64,000 nt of DNA from an uncultured delta proteobacterium (GTDB lineage: Bacteria; Myxococcota_A; Polyangia; Polyangiales; Polyangiaceae): contig CAWKKR010000011.1 in assembly GCA_963850305.1 (NCBI GenBank), positions 256,001 through 320,000 on the forward strand, in the 5' to 3' direction. The notes beneath the pieces were generated by a model that saw only the letters and a program-made list of their open reading frames with translations, did not search any database and was not told where the DNA came from. Positions 30,609 through 40,956 of this stretch are shown one piece after another. How positions within the stretch are numbered: the stretch's first letter is position 1; every line of letters begins with the position of its first letter. The translations under genes were made by a program, and so were the position numbers.

Positions 30609-32159
30609 CGTCACGTCATTACGATGCCATCGTGCTCGGTCGATCGATCGGATCGCTCGCGGCGGCGGCGCTGCTCGCTCGCCGGGATTTTCGCGTGCTC
30701 CTGCTCGGCAACGGCGAGCGCCCGGCCTCGTATCGCTTCGAGGGCAGAACGCTACGTCGGCGCTCTTTCACATTTCTCGCCGCGAACTCGCCCGTCTGGC
30801 GGCGCCTGTTGCACGAACTCGCGCAGACTCAGACGTTCCGCAGACGGATGCGCTCGCTCGACCCGATGTTTTACGTCGCAGGCGACGGCTTCGGCATCGA
30901 AGTCCCGCCGAACCTCGAGCTCTTCGCGAGAGAGGTCGAATCGCGAATTTCCCGAAGTACGGCAGGTGGTCGACGAGATGTACAACCAGTTCGCCAACGT
31001 GAACGCCGCCGCCGACGCCGCACTCGACCGCGACGTCGTGTGGCCGCCCGGAACCTTCTGGGAGCGGTTCGAGACGAGTCGGGTCGCCTCGGGATTGTCC
31101 GTCGGTTCGAGCGACGCGGAGGGATGGGTCGCCAAGTTTCCCGTCGGCCACCCGTACCGGGACGTCACCCTTCTCCCTGCTCTGTTCGCGAGCGATCTCG
31201 CGCAAGGCGCGGGCCCGCTCTCCGCGTTCGCTCTTGCCCGCCTGCACGGGTCCTGGACGCGCGGCGTGCACGCACTCGCCGGCGGAGCCGACGAGATGGA
31301 AGCGTTCCTGGTCGAACGCATCCTGGCGCACGGCGGAGAGTGCCGGCTCGATCAGCGCGTCACGTCGGTCGTCACACGGGGCCGGGTGGTCGCGGGCGTG
31401 ATGGAAGACGGCCAGGAATCCGCGACCAGCGCGGACGCACTGGTCACGGATTCCGAAGGAGAGACGCTGGCGGCTCTCTCCCACGGCGAGGGCATCTCGA
31501 AGAGCGCGGTGCGTGACTGGCCACGGGTCACGGCGACGGCGGGTCGCTTCATCGTGAGCTTGATCGTGCGGGCGCACGCGCTGCCCGAACCTCTGGCCGA
31601 AGAGTCGTTTCTCTTGCCGCGACAATCGGGACGCGCCGATCCTCGGCGCCTGGTCGTGCATCTCGAGCGCTCTCCGACGCGCGACCCGGAACACCCAGAT
31701 GAAGCGCTGCTCGTCGCGGAAGCGATCGTTCCGAAGCGAGGCGCGCTCACGTTGCTCGAAGCACGTGAAAGCGTGATGACGACGCTTTACGAGCATCTCC
31801 CGTTTCTCGAGGAGCACCTCGTCGTGGTCGACTCTCCTCACGATGGTTTACCGCTGTACGATCATTCGTCCGGGACCCGGCGCGAGATCGATCGCATCCA
31901 CGTCGTTGAATCGACTCCGTCGCCCGAACCGATGCAATGGCTCTGGTCCGTCGAACCTTCGGGCTATCTGGGCCTCGCCGGAGAGCCGGTCCGCGGCCCG
32001 ATCGGAAATAGCTACCTGGTCGGGACCACGGTGCTGCCGGGGCTTGGACAGGAGGGGGAGCTCATGGCGGCATCGAGCGCTGCGCGGCTGGTGACGCGAC
32101 GGGATCGCGTGCGAGAAAAATTACGTCGCGAGATGTGGACGAAGCTCGAAACGGGTTGA
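30605..32159 (+). CDS. FAD-dependent oxidoreductase (phytoene dehydrogenase-like), frameshift near 30940
   Basis: YDAIVLG...AAALLARR N-terminus; GG..L..I...GGE; C-terminal VLPGLGQEGE. Confidence 0.7.
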
Positions 32160-32204
32160 GGCCGACCTCCCGAGTCTCGACAGAAGGGCCTGGAAGGAAC
32201 ATTC

Positions 32205-32771
32205 ATGCGAGTCATCGCTGGTCGCTATCGAGGTCGCCCGCTGCGCGCACCGCGCGGCTTGACGACACGCCCCACCCTCGATCGGGCACGGGAAGCGATC
32301 TTCATGATCCTCGGCGACCTGTCGGGGTGTCGAGCGATCGATTTCTACGCGGGCACGGGCGCTCTCGGGATCGAGGCGCTGTCGCGCGGAGCCGTGCACG
32401 CGACGTTCGTGGAATCCGATCACGCCGCCGCGAAGACCATCCGGGACAATCTCGAGCGTCTGGGAGCAACGGCGTCGGCATCCGTCCTGGAGGTTCAAGC
32501 AGAGAAAGCGCGCGCCCGCATCGAGCGCCTCGCGCCGTTCGATCTGGTGTTGTCGGATCCGCCGTGGCGCATCGCACAAGAGTCGGCGCTCTCGGTGGCA
32601 CGCTTCACCCACGGGCTGGTCAATCCGTCGGGCCGAGTGCTCCTGGGTCACCCCGCGGCGAGCCCGGTGGAGGTGCCCGAGAGCAGTGGCTTGGTCCTCG
32701 TCGATCGCCGGAACTGGGGAGGCTCGGGCATGTCCTTCTTCGAAATATCCAACAAGTCCGATGATTTGTAG
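32205..32771 (+). CDS. rsmD: 16S rRNA G966 N2-methyltransferase
   Basis: MRVIAG..RGR, TRPT, DFYAGTGALGIEALSRGA, DPPW. Confidence 0.92.
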   Translation: MRVIAGRYRGRPLRAPRGLTTRPTLDRAREAIFMILGDLSGCRAIDFYAGTGALGIEALSRGAVHATFVESDHAAAKTIRDNLERLGATASASVLEVQAEKARARIERLAPFDLVLSDPPWRIAQESALSVARFTHGLVNPSGRVLLGHPAASPVEVPESSGLVLVDRRNWGGSGMSFFEISNKSDDL

Positions 32772-32858
32772 AATCGGGTGGCCTAGGCTGGAAAAGCCTG
32801 TTCTCTTCTCGTAGTAGCGTCCCTCTTCGTCAATGACTCAGCGTATCTACAAGAGAAA

Positions 32859-33461
32859 ATGGGAATGACGCAGACCTCGATGCCGCCGCCCCCGCCAACG
32901 CACTCCGGTGGCCGAGCCTTCATCGGCGTGATCATCGTCATGCTGCTCATGATGGGCGGGTTACTCTACTGGAAATTCGGCAAGAAAGACGCACCTCCGC
33001 CGCCGGCTCCGATTCCATCGCAGACGGCCGCGGCCCTGCCGACATTCGACGAAGCCCCACCACCACCGCCGCCGGCCGAGCCCGACGCGGGCAAAAAAGA
33101 GGCGCCGACGAAGAGGCACGTCGTGTCGTCCGGCGGGAATGGCGGATGCAACGCGGTGTGCTCGGGCGACGCGCCTGCCGCACTTCGCGGCGCACTCAGC
33201 GGAGCGGCGGGAAGCGTGCGCGGCTGTTATGAACGCGCCTTGCGTCAAAACCAGATGCTGCAAGGCCGCCTCGTCGTGGCAGTGAAAATCGGTCCGCACG
33301 GCCAATCGTGCGGCGCCAGCATCTCGACCGACACCCTCGGCGACCCGTCCGTAGCAAGCTGCGTGCTCCAGAAGTTCCGCGGAGGATCGTTCCCTCCGCC
33401 GATTGGGGGTTGCGCTGACCTCCAGGTTCCGATTTCATTCATGCCGAAGACGGGCAAATGA
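32859..33461 (+). CDS. AgmX/PglI C-terminal (TonB-C-like) domain protein
   Basis: TM helix, Pro-rich linker, CYERALR...GR..V.I...SCV...FP.P. Confidence 0.75.
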   Translation: MGMTQTSMPPPPPTHSGGRAFIGVIIVMLLMMGGLLYWKFGKKDAPPPPAPIPSQTAAALPTFDEAPPPPPPAEPDAGKKEAPTKRHVVSSGGNGGCNAVCSGDAPAALRGALSGAAGSVRGCYERALRQNQMLQGRLVVAVKIGPHGQSCGASISTDTLGDPSVASCVLQKFRGGSFPPPIGGCADLQVPISFMPKTGK

Positions 33462-33739
33462 CGATACGGAGAAACCCGGGTGCGCTTGTGCTGGCGTCGC
33501 TATGTGCGCTCGGGCTCTTCGCCTGCGGCGAGGACGGGAAGACGATTCCCGACGGCACCTGTCCCGAGTTGCCGCTCTTTCATTATGCGTGGGTCGATGC
33601 AGGCCGAGGCGAATGGGTCCGTCGCGACCCGAGCGGGAAGCCGCTCACGGCCGCCGAGGAGCATACGATCGACACGGCGCCGGCGACGTGCGTGACACAC
33701 GCTGGCAACGCCGTGTCGCTCGAAGCCGGCGTCCATTGA
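33458..33739 (+). CDS. Small lipoprotein
   Basis: LFAC lipobox; ATGA overlap with the upstream gene. Confidence 0.6.
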   Translation: MTIRRNPGALVLASLCALGLFACGEDGKTIPDGTCPELPLFHYAWVDAGRGEWVRRDPSGKPLTAAEEHTIDTAPATCVTHAGNAVSLEAGVH

Positions 33740-33746
33740 AGCCGTC

Positions 33747-34550
33747 ATGGATCGAGAGGAACGCTTCGGCGTTCTCCTGACGGTCGCCTACGACGGCTCG
33801 CGCTTCGCCGGATTCGCGCGGCAACCGGAGGCGCGCACGATCGCCGGCGAGCTCGACGGAGCCGTGCGCGCGATCGATGCGACCGCGTCGCTCGTGCGCG
33901 GAGCCAGTCGCACCGACAGCGGCGTGCATGCACTCACGCAACGGGTGGCGTTCGACACGCGCATGGACATTCCATCTCGCGGCTGGGCGCTCGCATTGAA
34001 GCAGCACCTGAGCGACGAGATCTCCATCGTGCGCGCCGCGCGCGTCGACGCCGCCTACGATCCGCGCGGTCACGCGTTACGCAAAACCTATCGCTACGTC
34101 CTGCTTGCGTCCGCGGTCCACGATCCGTTCCTGCACGAACGCGCCTGGCGCATCGGAGACAGGTTGAACCTCGAACTACTTCGCGAAGAGGCTGACGCGC
34201 TCGTCGGTCGGCATGATTTTCACGCGTTCCGCACTTCGGGCGACCGGCGGACGGACACGGTGCGCACGATCTTTCGCGTCGGCATCCGTGCCGGTGCTCC
34301 CGATCCACGCTGCGTGACTTTAGAGATGGAGGGAGACCGGTTTCTCCACAAAATGGTTCGCATTGCGACCGGCACACTGGTCGATGTCGCGCGCGGTCGA
34401 TTGAAGCCAGGCGCGATCAAACGCGGTCTCACGACCCGCAACCGCAATGTTCTCGGCATCACTGCCCCGCCCGATGGTCTGTATCTCGCATCGCTCGATC
34501 TGGACGACGAGGGTTGCGACAACTGGCCAGACCACTTGTCCGCTCGTTGA
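33747..34550 (+). CDS. truA: tRNA pseudouridine(38-40) synthase
   Basis: YDGSRFAG, SRTDSGVHA, HDFHAF, FLHKMVR, APPDGLYL. Confidence 0.93.
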   Translation: MDREERFGVLLTVAYDGSRFAGFARQPEARTIAGELDGAVRAIDATASLVRGASRTDSGVHALTQRVAFDTRMDIPSRGWALALKQHLSDEISIVRAARVDAAYDPRGHALRKTYRYVLLASAVHDPFLHERAWRIGDRLNLELLREEADALVGRHDFHAFRTSGDRRTDTVRTIFRVGIRAGAPDPRCVTLEMEGDRFLHKMVRIATGTLVDVARGRLKPGAIKRGLTTRNRNVLGITAPPDGLYLASLDLDDEGCDNWPDHLSAR

Positions 34551-34681
34551 CTTGGACCAGTTTTTTTGCGATAGCGTAGCGGGCGCGCGGACCGACTTCG
34601 ACGAACGAACGGCCTCGCGCTGGTTGAACCAGACGCCTTCGCAGCGAAGCGTCTGAATACTGTCTCAGGAGCGACCAGATA

Positions 34682-36296
34682 ATGGGCCTCACCAAAAAGC
34701 TCACCAGCCGAGGCAAGCAGATCGTGCTGAATCCCACCGTGATGCGGCTCATCTCGGACGATCGGGTGATGAAAGCCGCAGAGGGTGTGATGGACGCGCG
34801 AACCCGCGTTCGCGCTGCGTGGAAGGTGCTCCTGGACGGGCATGATCTTCCGTCCGTCGATCCATCTCTCGACGACTTCATCGGTGAGTCCGCGCCGCTG
34901 GCGCCGAATGGCAAGAACGGACACAACGGTCACGCCACTCCCCATGTGCGCCTCAAGAACGGTAATGGCGCCGACCGCGCGCCGCACACGCCGCCCGCAA
35001 CGATCAGCGGCGGAATATCGCGTTCCGATTCGGCGACGCTCGATCGAGCGCTGAAAGAACGGACATCGCTCGCCGGCATAGCCGGCAAGGACGTCTTCGA
35101 GAAATGCTTCCAGTTCCTCGCGGCCGATAACGCGCGGAAGATGGGCATGTATCCGTTCTTCCGTCCGCTCGATCTCAACGACGGCCCGGAAGCGGTGATC
35201 GACGGACGACGAGTCGTCATGTTCGGCTCGAACAACTATCTCGGGCTCACGACGCACCCGAAGGTTCGCGAAGCTGCGAAGGCGGCAATCGATCGCTTCG
35301 GGACGAGCATGACGGGCTCGCGCCTCGTCAACGGCTCGATGAAGCTGCACAACGAGTTCGAGGAGAAACTCGCCGCGTTCTTCGGAAAGGAAGCCGCTCT
35401 CGTCTTCACCACCGGATACCAGGCGAATCTCGCAACGTGCGCGGCGCTCCTGTCGAACAAGCGAACGGTGGCGGTCATCGATCGCAACGTGCACGCGTCG
35501 ATCTACGACGGAGTACGGCTCGGCCAGTCCGCAGGAACTCGCCTCGTGCGCTACAAGCACTCCGACGCCGACTCGCTCGACGCGGCGCTGTCGCGCCTCG
35601 ACGAGGGCGAGGGCGCGCTCGTCATGACCGACGGCGTGTTCAGCGCAGAGGGTGAGATCGCGAAACTCGATCAGATCGTTCCGGTCGTGAAGAAGCACGG
35701 CGCGCGGCTCTTCGTCGACGATGCGCATGCGCTCGGCGTGATCGGGCCCGACGGCAGAGGCACCGCGTTCCACTTCAACCTGCAGGATCAGGTCGACCTC
35801 ATCAGCGGCACGTTCTCGAAGTCCATGGCGAGCATCGGCGGCTGGCTCGTGGGAGAGCGCAAGGTGCTCGATTACGTCCAGCATTTCGCGCCGAGCTTCA
35901 TGTTCGCGGCGAGCGCGGCTCCGCCGAACGTGGCGGCCGCGATGGCGGCGTTCGACGTGATGAAGGAAGAGAGCTGGCGCATCGACAAGCTCCGCGAAAA
36001 CTTCACGTACATGCGTACGGAGCTCGCGGGCATGGGCTTCGAACTCGGACGGACCGAGACGGCCGTCATCCCCATCTACGTTCGACAGGACCTCCGCACG
36101 CTCTTGATGTGGCGAGAGCTCCTGGAGGAGCAGGGCGTATACGTGAACCCCTTCATCTCCCCGGGCGTTCCGCCGAAGCACGCCATGCTCCGCACGAGCT
36201 ACATGGCCACACACGAGCGAGTCCACCTGGATCGGGGGCTCGAAGCGTTTTACAAGGCCGGAAAGAAGTTCGGGGTTATTTCAGCGAGCCTCGTAG
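34682..36296 (+). CDS. spt: Alpha-oxoamine synthase, likely serine palmitoyltransferase (stop probably 36296; ORF as given runs to 36520)
   Basis: YPFF, GSNNYLGL, GSRLVNG, HASIYDG, DDAHALG, GTFSKS; adjacent to a ceramide synthase-like gene. Confidence 0.78.
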
Positions 36297-36332
36297 TTGA
36301 CGCGGCACGTCAGGTACGGGTAGCACCGCGGC

Positions 36333-37463
36333 ATGTCCGTCGAGATCCGCGAGAACCCAGTCGGGGGCGGCAGCCTGCGGGATTTCCTGAACGTCGTCGA
36401 CTACATCTACCGCGACGACCCGAATTACGTCCGCCCGCTCGACATGATGGTCAAAGACCAGCTGTCGACGAAGAACCCGTTCTTCGAGCACGGCGAGGGC
36501 GTGTTGTTCACTGCGTATAGGAACGGCTGGTGTGTCGGCCGTTGCTCGGCACAGATCGATCGCCTGCACCTTGCCCGCTACAAGGACGACGTCGGCTTCT
36601 TCGGCTTCTTCGACACGATCGACGATGAAGAGGTGGCCTCCGCCTTGATCGACGCCGCGAGGCGCTGGCTGAAAAACCGTGGAATGAAGCACATCCGTGG
36701 ACCGCTCTCCCTCTGTATCAACGAGGAGATCGGTTGCCTGGTGGAAGGCTTCGACACTCCGCCGATGATGTTCATGACGCATCATCATCCGTACCAGGGC
36801 GGCCTGATCGAGAAAGCCGGCATCCCGAAGATCAAGGACTTCTACGCCTGGCGCTACGAGGTCGGCGACCTGCCTCCGCGCGCCGCCAAGGCCACGGCCG
36901 AGATCGAGCAGCTCCCCGAGGTGAGCGCCCGGCACGTGGACATGAAGAATCTCGAGCGCGACGTCCGGATCGTGATGAACGTTTTCAACGACGCCTGGAC
37001 GGAAAATTGGGGATTCGTGCCTTTCACGGAGTCCGAGCTCCGGAAGATGGCGAAAGATCTGAAGCTCATCATCGACCCCGCCATCACGTATATCGCCTAC
37101 GTGGATGGGGAACCCGCAGCCGTCGCCCTGGCCACACCGAACCTGAACGAGGTCATCCGTGATCTCGACGGGAAGATATTGCCGCTCGGCTTCACGAAGC
37201 TCATTTACCGCCTCAAAGTTCGCGGCACGAAGACGGCGCGACTCGCGATCCTCGGGATCAAGAGGAAGTTCAGGCACCAGCGAAAGTACGCCGGCCTCAG
37301 CATTTACCTGTACTCGAAGATGAACGATGCCGGCCGACGCGCGGGCTACCGCTGGGGCGAATTGTCCTGGACGCTCGAGGACAATGGCCCCGTGAACGTC
37401 GGAATCAAGTTCATGGGCGGCAAGGTCTACAAGAAGTACCGGATGTACCAGGCCGACCTCTGA
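36333..37463 (+). CDS. GNAT-fold N-acyltransferase, bacterial ceramide synthase-like
   Basis: IYRDDPNYVRPL, NPFFEH, GFFGFFD, RGP, G.LVEGFD.PP, FNDAWTENWGF, ELSWTLEDN, YKKYRMY. Confidence 0.78.
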   Translation: MSVEIRENPVGGGSLRDFLNVVDYIYRDDPNYVRPLDMMVKDQLSTKNPFFEHGEGVLFTAYRNGWCVGRCSAQIDRLHLARYKDDVGFFGFFDTIDDEEVASALIDAARRWLKNRGMKHIRGPLSLCINEEIGCLVEGFDTPPMMFMTHHHPYQGGLIEKAGIPKIKDFYAWRYEVGDLPPRAAKATAEIEQLPEVSARHVDMKNLERDVRIVMNVFNDAWTENWGFVPFTESELRKMAKDLKLIIDPAITYIAYVDGEPAAVALATPNLNEVIRDLDGKILPLGFTKLIYRLKVRGTKTARLAILGIKRKFRHQRKYAGLSIYLYSKMNDAGRRAGYRWGELSWTLEDNGPVNVGIKFMGGKVYKKYRMYQADL

Positions 37464-37512
37464 AATCCGACGCTCTTCCGACCCACTCCCGATGCGAGTA
37501 TGATTCGTCTTC

Positions 37513-40500
37513 GTGACGACGCTCGGCCGTACACTGGCTGGAGTGACAGCGGCGGTCGCGCTGCTTGCGGGATGTGAACGGCCGCGCCACTCCGCGGCGG
37601 CGTCAATCCACGCGCCCGCTGTGTCTGCGACGGGTCGCGCGGGTTCGGGGATCGAAGTAAATATTCGAGACGCCGCGTCGGGTACGTCGGTGGCCATCGC
37701 GCTCGCGGAGATTCCGGCGGGCGGCGTGCACTCCAATATTCTCGGCGCCGTCCACGACCGGACGGAAGATTTCGTCTCCTTCGCGAAGAGGCCGCCCGTC
37801 GAGGAGGTTCGCTATCGCGCGCGCGTCCACGCGGCGGGACTGCGGCTCGTCGCTGGCGTCCTCGAACTGCTCGACGCGAAGGGCGCTCCCCGTGTTCGCA
37901 TGGCGGCGCCTTTCGTCGTGGATCGCGGCGGACGGCACCACGACACGGTGGTGGCCCTCGAAGGGTGCGCCGCAGACCGCGATCCGGCGGGCCCCTGGGG
38001 TCGTCCCGTCACGCCGCCGGGCGCGCATGAGTGCAGCCTTCGCGTCACGTGGGGTACGAGCGGCGATCGCATCCGGTATCCGGCCGTCCTCGACCCCGCG
38101 TGGACCGCAGCGACCAACACGATGACGTCGGCGCGGAAGGGACACACTGCGACGCTCCTCTCGACCGGAAAGGTCCTCATCGTCGGCGGCGAGACCACGA
38201 GCGGACAGACGACGACGCACCTGAAGACCGCGGAGCTCTTCGATCCGACGACGAGCACGTTCGCAGCGACGACGTCGATGACCGACGGAAGATCGTTTCA
38301 CGCGGCGGTGCTACTTCAGAATGGAAATGTTCTCGTCGCAGGCGGCTCGGGTGACTCGGGTGTCCTTTCGTCGAGCGAGATCTACGATCTCTCCAAGCCT
38401 GGATTCCGGAGTTCGGGGCCGCTGAAGCAAGCCCGGAGCGAGCCCGGAGCGACACTCCTGACGACCGGAGACGTTCTTCTCACCGGCGGCATCGACGGCT
38501 CGGGAACCGTGCTGAAGGAAGCGGAGGTTTTCGCGACGGCGGGAGAAGTGTGGAGCGTGAAGGGAGACATGACCGAACGCCGGACGGGTGACTTCGTCGC
38601 CGTGTTGAATTCTGGGGCGCTCGCCATTGCCGGAATCACGACGACGACCGGCCTCGCGGATCTCGCGGATTCCGATCTGTACGGCGAGGCGAGCGGCACC
38701 TTCAGCGCCGGGCCGAACCTGTCCCAGGAACGTTTCTACTTCGGTGGTGCCACTCTCTCGAACGGCAACGTGCTCGTCGCGGGCGGATTCGCTCTGTCGC
38801 TCGGCATGAATACCTCGACGGCGGAGTTGCTCGATCATGACTCGGTGACGTGGTCGAGCGCCGGATCTCTCGCGATAGGGCGGGCGCACTTCGCACTCAC
38901 TGCCGTGTCGGCCGGAGCCGCCGTCGCGACGGGCGGCGTCGTGATGACCAATGCGACAACCGTCGGCTCCTATCTCGCGAGTGCCGAACTGTACGACCCC
39001 ATCGCGAATTCGTGGTCGGCCTTGCCGGACATGCATCAGCCGAGAGCGTTTCATACGGCGACGGCACTCCCGGACGGGAGATTGCTCGTGACGGGCGGGG
39101 AAGGCTCTTCGGGACAGCTCGATACCGCGGAGCTGCTGTCGCTCGACGCCGTGGGAAAGCCCTGCGCGACGGGCGTGACCTGTACGTCCGGGTTCTGCGC
39201 TGACGGAGTGTGCTGCGCTTCGGCGTGCGGCGCACCCTGTTATGCCTGCACGGGTGCCAGCACCGGTGAACCCGATGGCACCTGCGCCCCCGTGCTTGCC
39301 GCGAAGGACCCGCGGAACGACTGCACGGATGACGGCGCCACGGTGTGTGGAAATGACGGCCTCTGCGACGGCGCGGGTGCCTGCCAGAAATACGCGAAGA
39401 ACCCCTGCGCCCCCGAGCCTTGCGCGGCGAACTCGGACTGCACGAGCGGCGCGTGCGCGGACGGGATCTGCTGCGACGGCGCGTGCACCGGCACCTGCGA
39501 AGCATGCACCGCCGCGAAGAAGGGGGCCGGCGCGGACGGCACTTGCGGGCCCGTCGCCGCGGGGACCGACCCCGATACGGAATGTTCGACCATGGGCGAT
39601 GGTGTCTGTCGCGCGCTCGGCACTTGCGACGGGTCCGGCTCATGTGGGGTACCGACGGCCGGGACGTCCTGCGCGACCGCCGCATGTTCGGATCGTCAAA
39701 CCCTGGCCGCCGCCGCCGTGTGCGGGAACCTCGGCGATTGCACGCCGTCGAAGACGGACTGTTCGCCGTTCGCGTGCGACGCCGTGGCGTTGAAATGCAA
39801 AGTAGCCTGCACGACGGACACGGACTGCGCTGCAGCCGCACATTGCACGGCAGGGCTCTGCAAGAAGGACGCAAACGGGGTTGCGTGCACGGACGGGACC
39901 ACCTGTGCGTCCGGAAACTGTGCGGACCGATATTGCTGTGACTCGGCGTGCGACGAACAGTGTGAGGCGTGCGACGTCGCCAATTCCGAGGGGACCTGCT
40001 CACCGGTTTCCGGAGCGCCGCACGGCTCGCGCAGCGCGTGTCCCGGAACGGGGGGTTGCGCCGGAGTGTGCAACGGGCTCTCGAGCACGTGCATCTTCCG
40101 GAGCGGCACGCCGTGCGGCGCCACGACGTGCACGGCGGGGAGCGAGTCGGGTCTCGTTTGCAATGCGCTCGGCGCGTGCGTTACCGAGCCTGCAGTGACG
40201 TGCGCGCCTTTCGCCTGTGGCACGACATCCTGCAAGACGTCGTGCACGACGAGCACGGATTGCGCGACGGGAGCGACGTGCGAAGCGGACGGCGCGTGCG
40301 TCGCGCCGGAGAGCGGCTGCGCCGACGGCGGCGTCGCAACGGAATGCGCGCCTTATGGTTGCACGGGCAACGCGTGCAAGACCTCGTGCAAGGCGGACGA
40401 TGACTGCGCCAAAGGCGCTACATGCAGCGCCGGGAAGTGCGTGAAGGGCTCCTCGGGCGGCGGCTGCGGCTGTCGCATCGGCTCCGGCACCGGCAGCCAC

Positions 40501-40668
40501 GATGGCCTCACGTTCGGAGCGCTGATCGCGCTACTCGGGCTCGCCCTCCGACGCGCGGAAAGGCGGCGACGCGGATCCCGCCCCGATCAGTCGCCGATCG
40601 CGTGGGCCTGCGCGGCGATTGGGCGCCGCAAGCGTATCTCGGAGTCCAGAGGCGTATCGGGTTGGTAG
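37513..40668 (+). CDS. Kelch-repeat and Cys-rich surface protein with MYXO-CTERM-type tail
   Basis: Repeated R..HTATLL..GKVLIVGG...AELFDP; CADGVCC repeats; GGCGCR, TM helix, RRRR. Confidence 0.85.
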   Translation: MTTLGRTLAGVTAAVALLAGCERPRHSAAASIHAPAVSATGRAGSGIEVNIRDAASGTSVAIALAEIPAGGVHSNILGAVHDRTEDFVSFAKRPPVEEVRYRARVHAAGLRLVAGVLELLDAKGAPRVRMAAPFVVDRGGRHHDTVVALEGCAADRDPAGPWGRPVTPPGAHECSLRVTWGTSGDRIRYPAVLDPAWTAATNTMTSARKGHTATLLSTGKVLIVGGETTSGQTTTHLKTAELFDPTTSTFAATTSMTDGRSFHAAVLLQNGNVLVAGGSGDSGVLSSSEIYDLSKPGFRSSGPLKQARSEPGATLLTTGDVLLTGGIDGSGTVLKEAEVFATAGEVWSVKGDMTERRTGDFVAVLNSGALAIAGITTTTGLADLADSDLYGEASGTFSAGPNLSQERFYFGGATLSNGNVLVAGGFALSLGMNTSTAELLDHDSVTWSSAGSLAIGRAHFALTAVSAGAAVATGGVVMTNATTVGSYLASAELYDPIANSWSALPDMHQPRAFHTATALPDGRLLVTGGEGSSGQLDTAELLSLDAVGKPCATGVTCTSGFCADGVCCASACGAPCYACTGASTGEPDGTCAPVLAAKDPRNDCTDDGATVCGNDGLCDGAGACQKYAKNPCAPEPCAANSDCTSGACADGICCDGACTGTCEACTAAKKGAGADGTCGPVAAGTDPDTECSTMGDGVCRALGTCDGSGSCGVPTAGTSCATAACSDRQTLAAAAVCGNLGDCTPSKTDCSPFACDAVALKCKVACTTDTDCAAAAHCTAGLCKKDANGVACTDGTTCASGNCADRYCCDSACDEQCEACDVANSEGTCSPVSGAPHGSRSACPGTGGCAGVCNGLSSTCIFRSGTPCGATTCTAGSESGLVCNALGACVTEPAVTCAPFACGTTSCKTSCTTSTDCATGATCEADGACVAPESGCADGGVATECAPYGCTGNACKTSCKADDDCAKGATCSAGKCVKGSSGGGCGCRIGSGTGSHDGLTFGALIALLGLALRRAERRRRGSRPDQSPIAWACAAIGRRKRISESRGVSGW

Positions 40669-40865
40669 TGCGGCGTGAAGGGCCCCTCGTACGCGATGAG
40701 GCGGCGGCGCAGCGCGGCGCTCTCGTGCCGAAGTCCCTGTGCTTCGGCGGCAATGCGCACGAGGGCAATCGCCAGAAATACCACGGCAGACCAGTACGGC
40801 CCCCCGAGCGCCCAGGCTCCGAGCGCGAAGGACCAGTTGAACATCAGACCCGTGTAGTGACCCAC
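40587..40865 (-). CDS. Small hypothetical membrane protein
   Basis: Hydrophobic N-terminal half; downstream of the GGDEF operon; overlaps the kelch gene tail. Confidence 0.4.
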   Translation of the reverse strand: MGHYTGLMFNWSFALGAWALGGPYWSAVVFLAIALVRIAAEAQGLRHESAALRRRLIAYEGPFTPHYQPDTPLDSEIRLRRPIAAQAHAIGD

Positions 40866-40956
40866 GGTGCGAATGAGACGCCAAAATTCCCGACCGGGCC
40901 AAGCGAACGCCTGCGTTTTGTCGCCCGGCCCGCTTCAGTAACGGGCGCGAAGGTCT

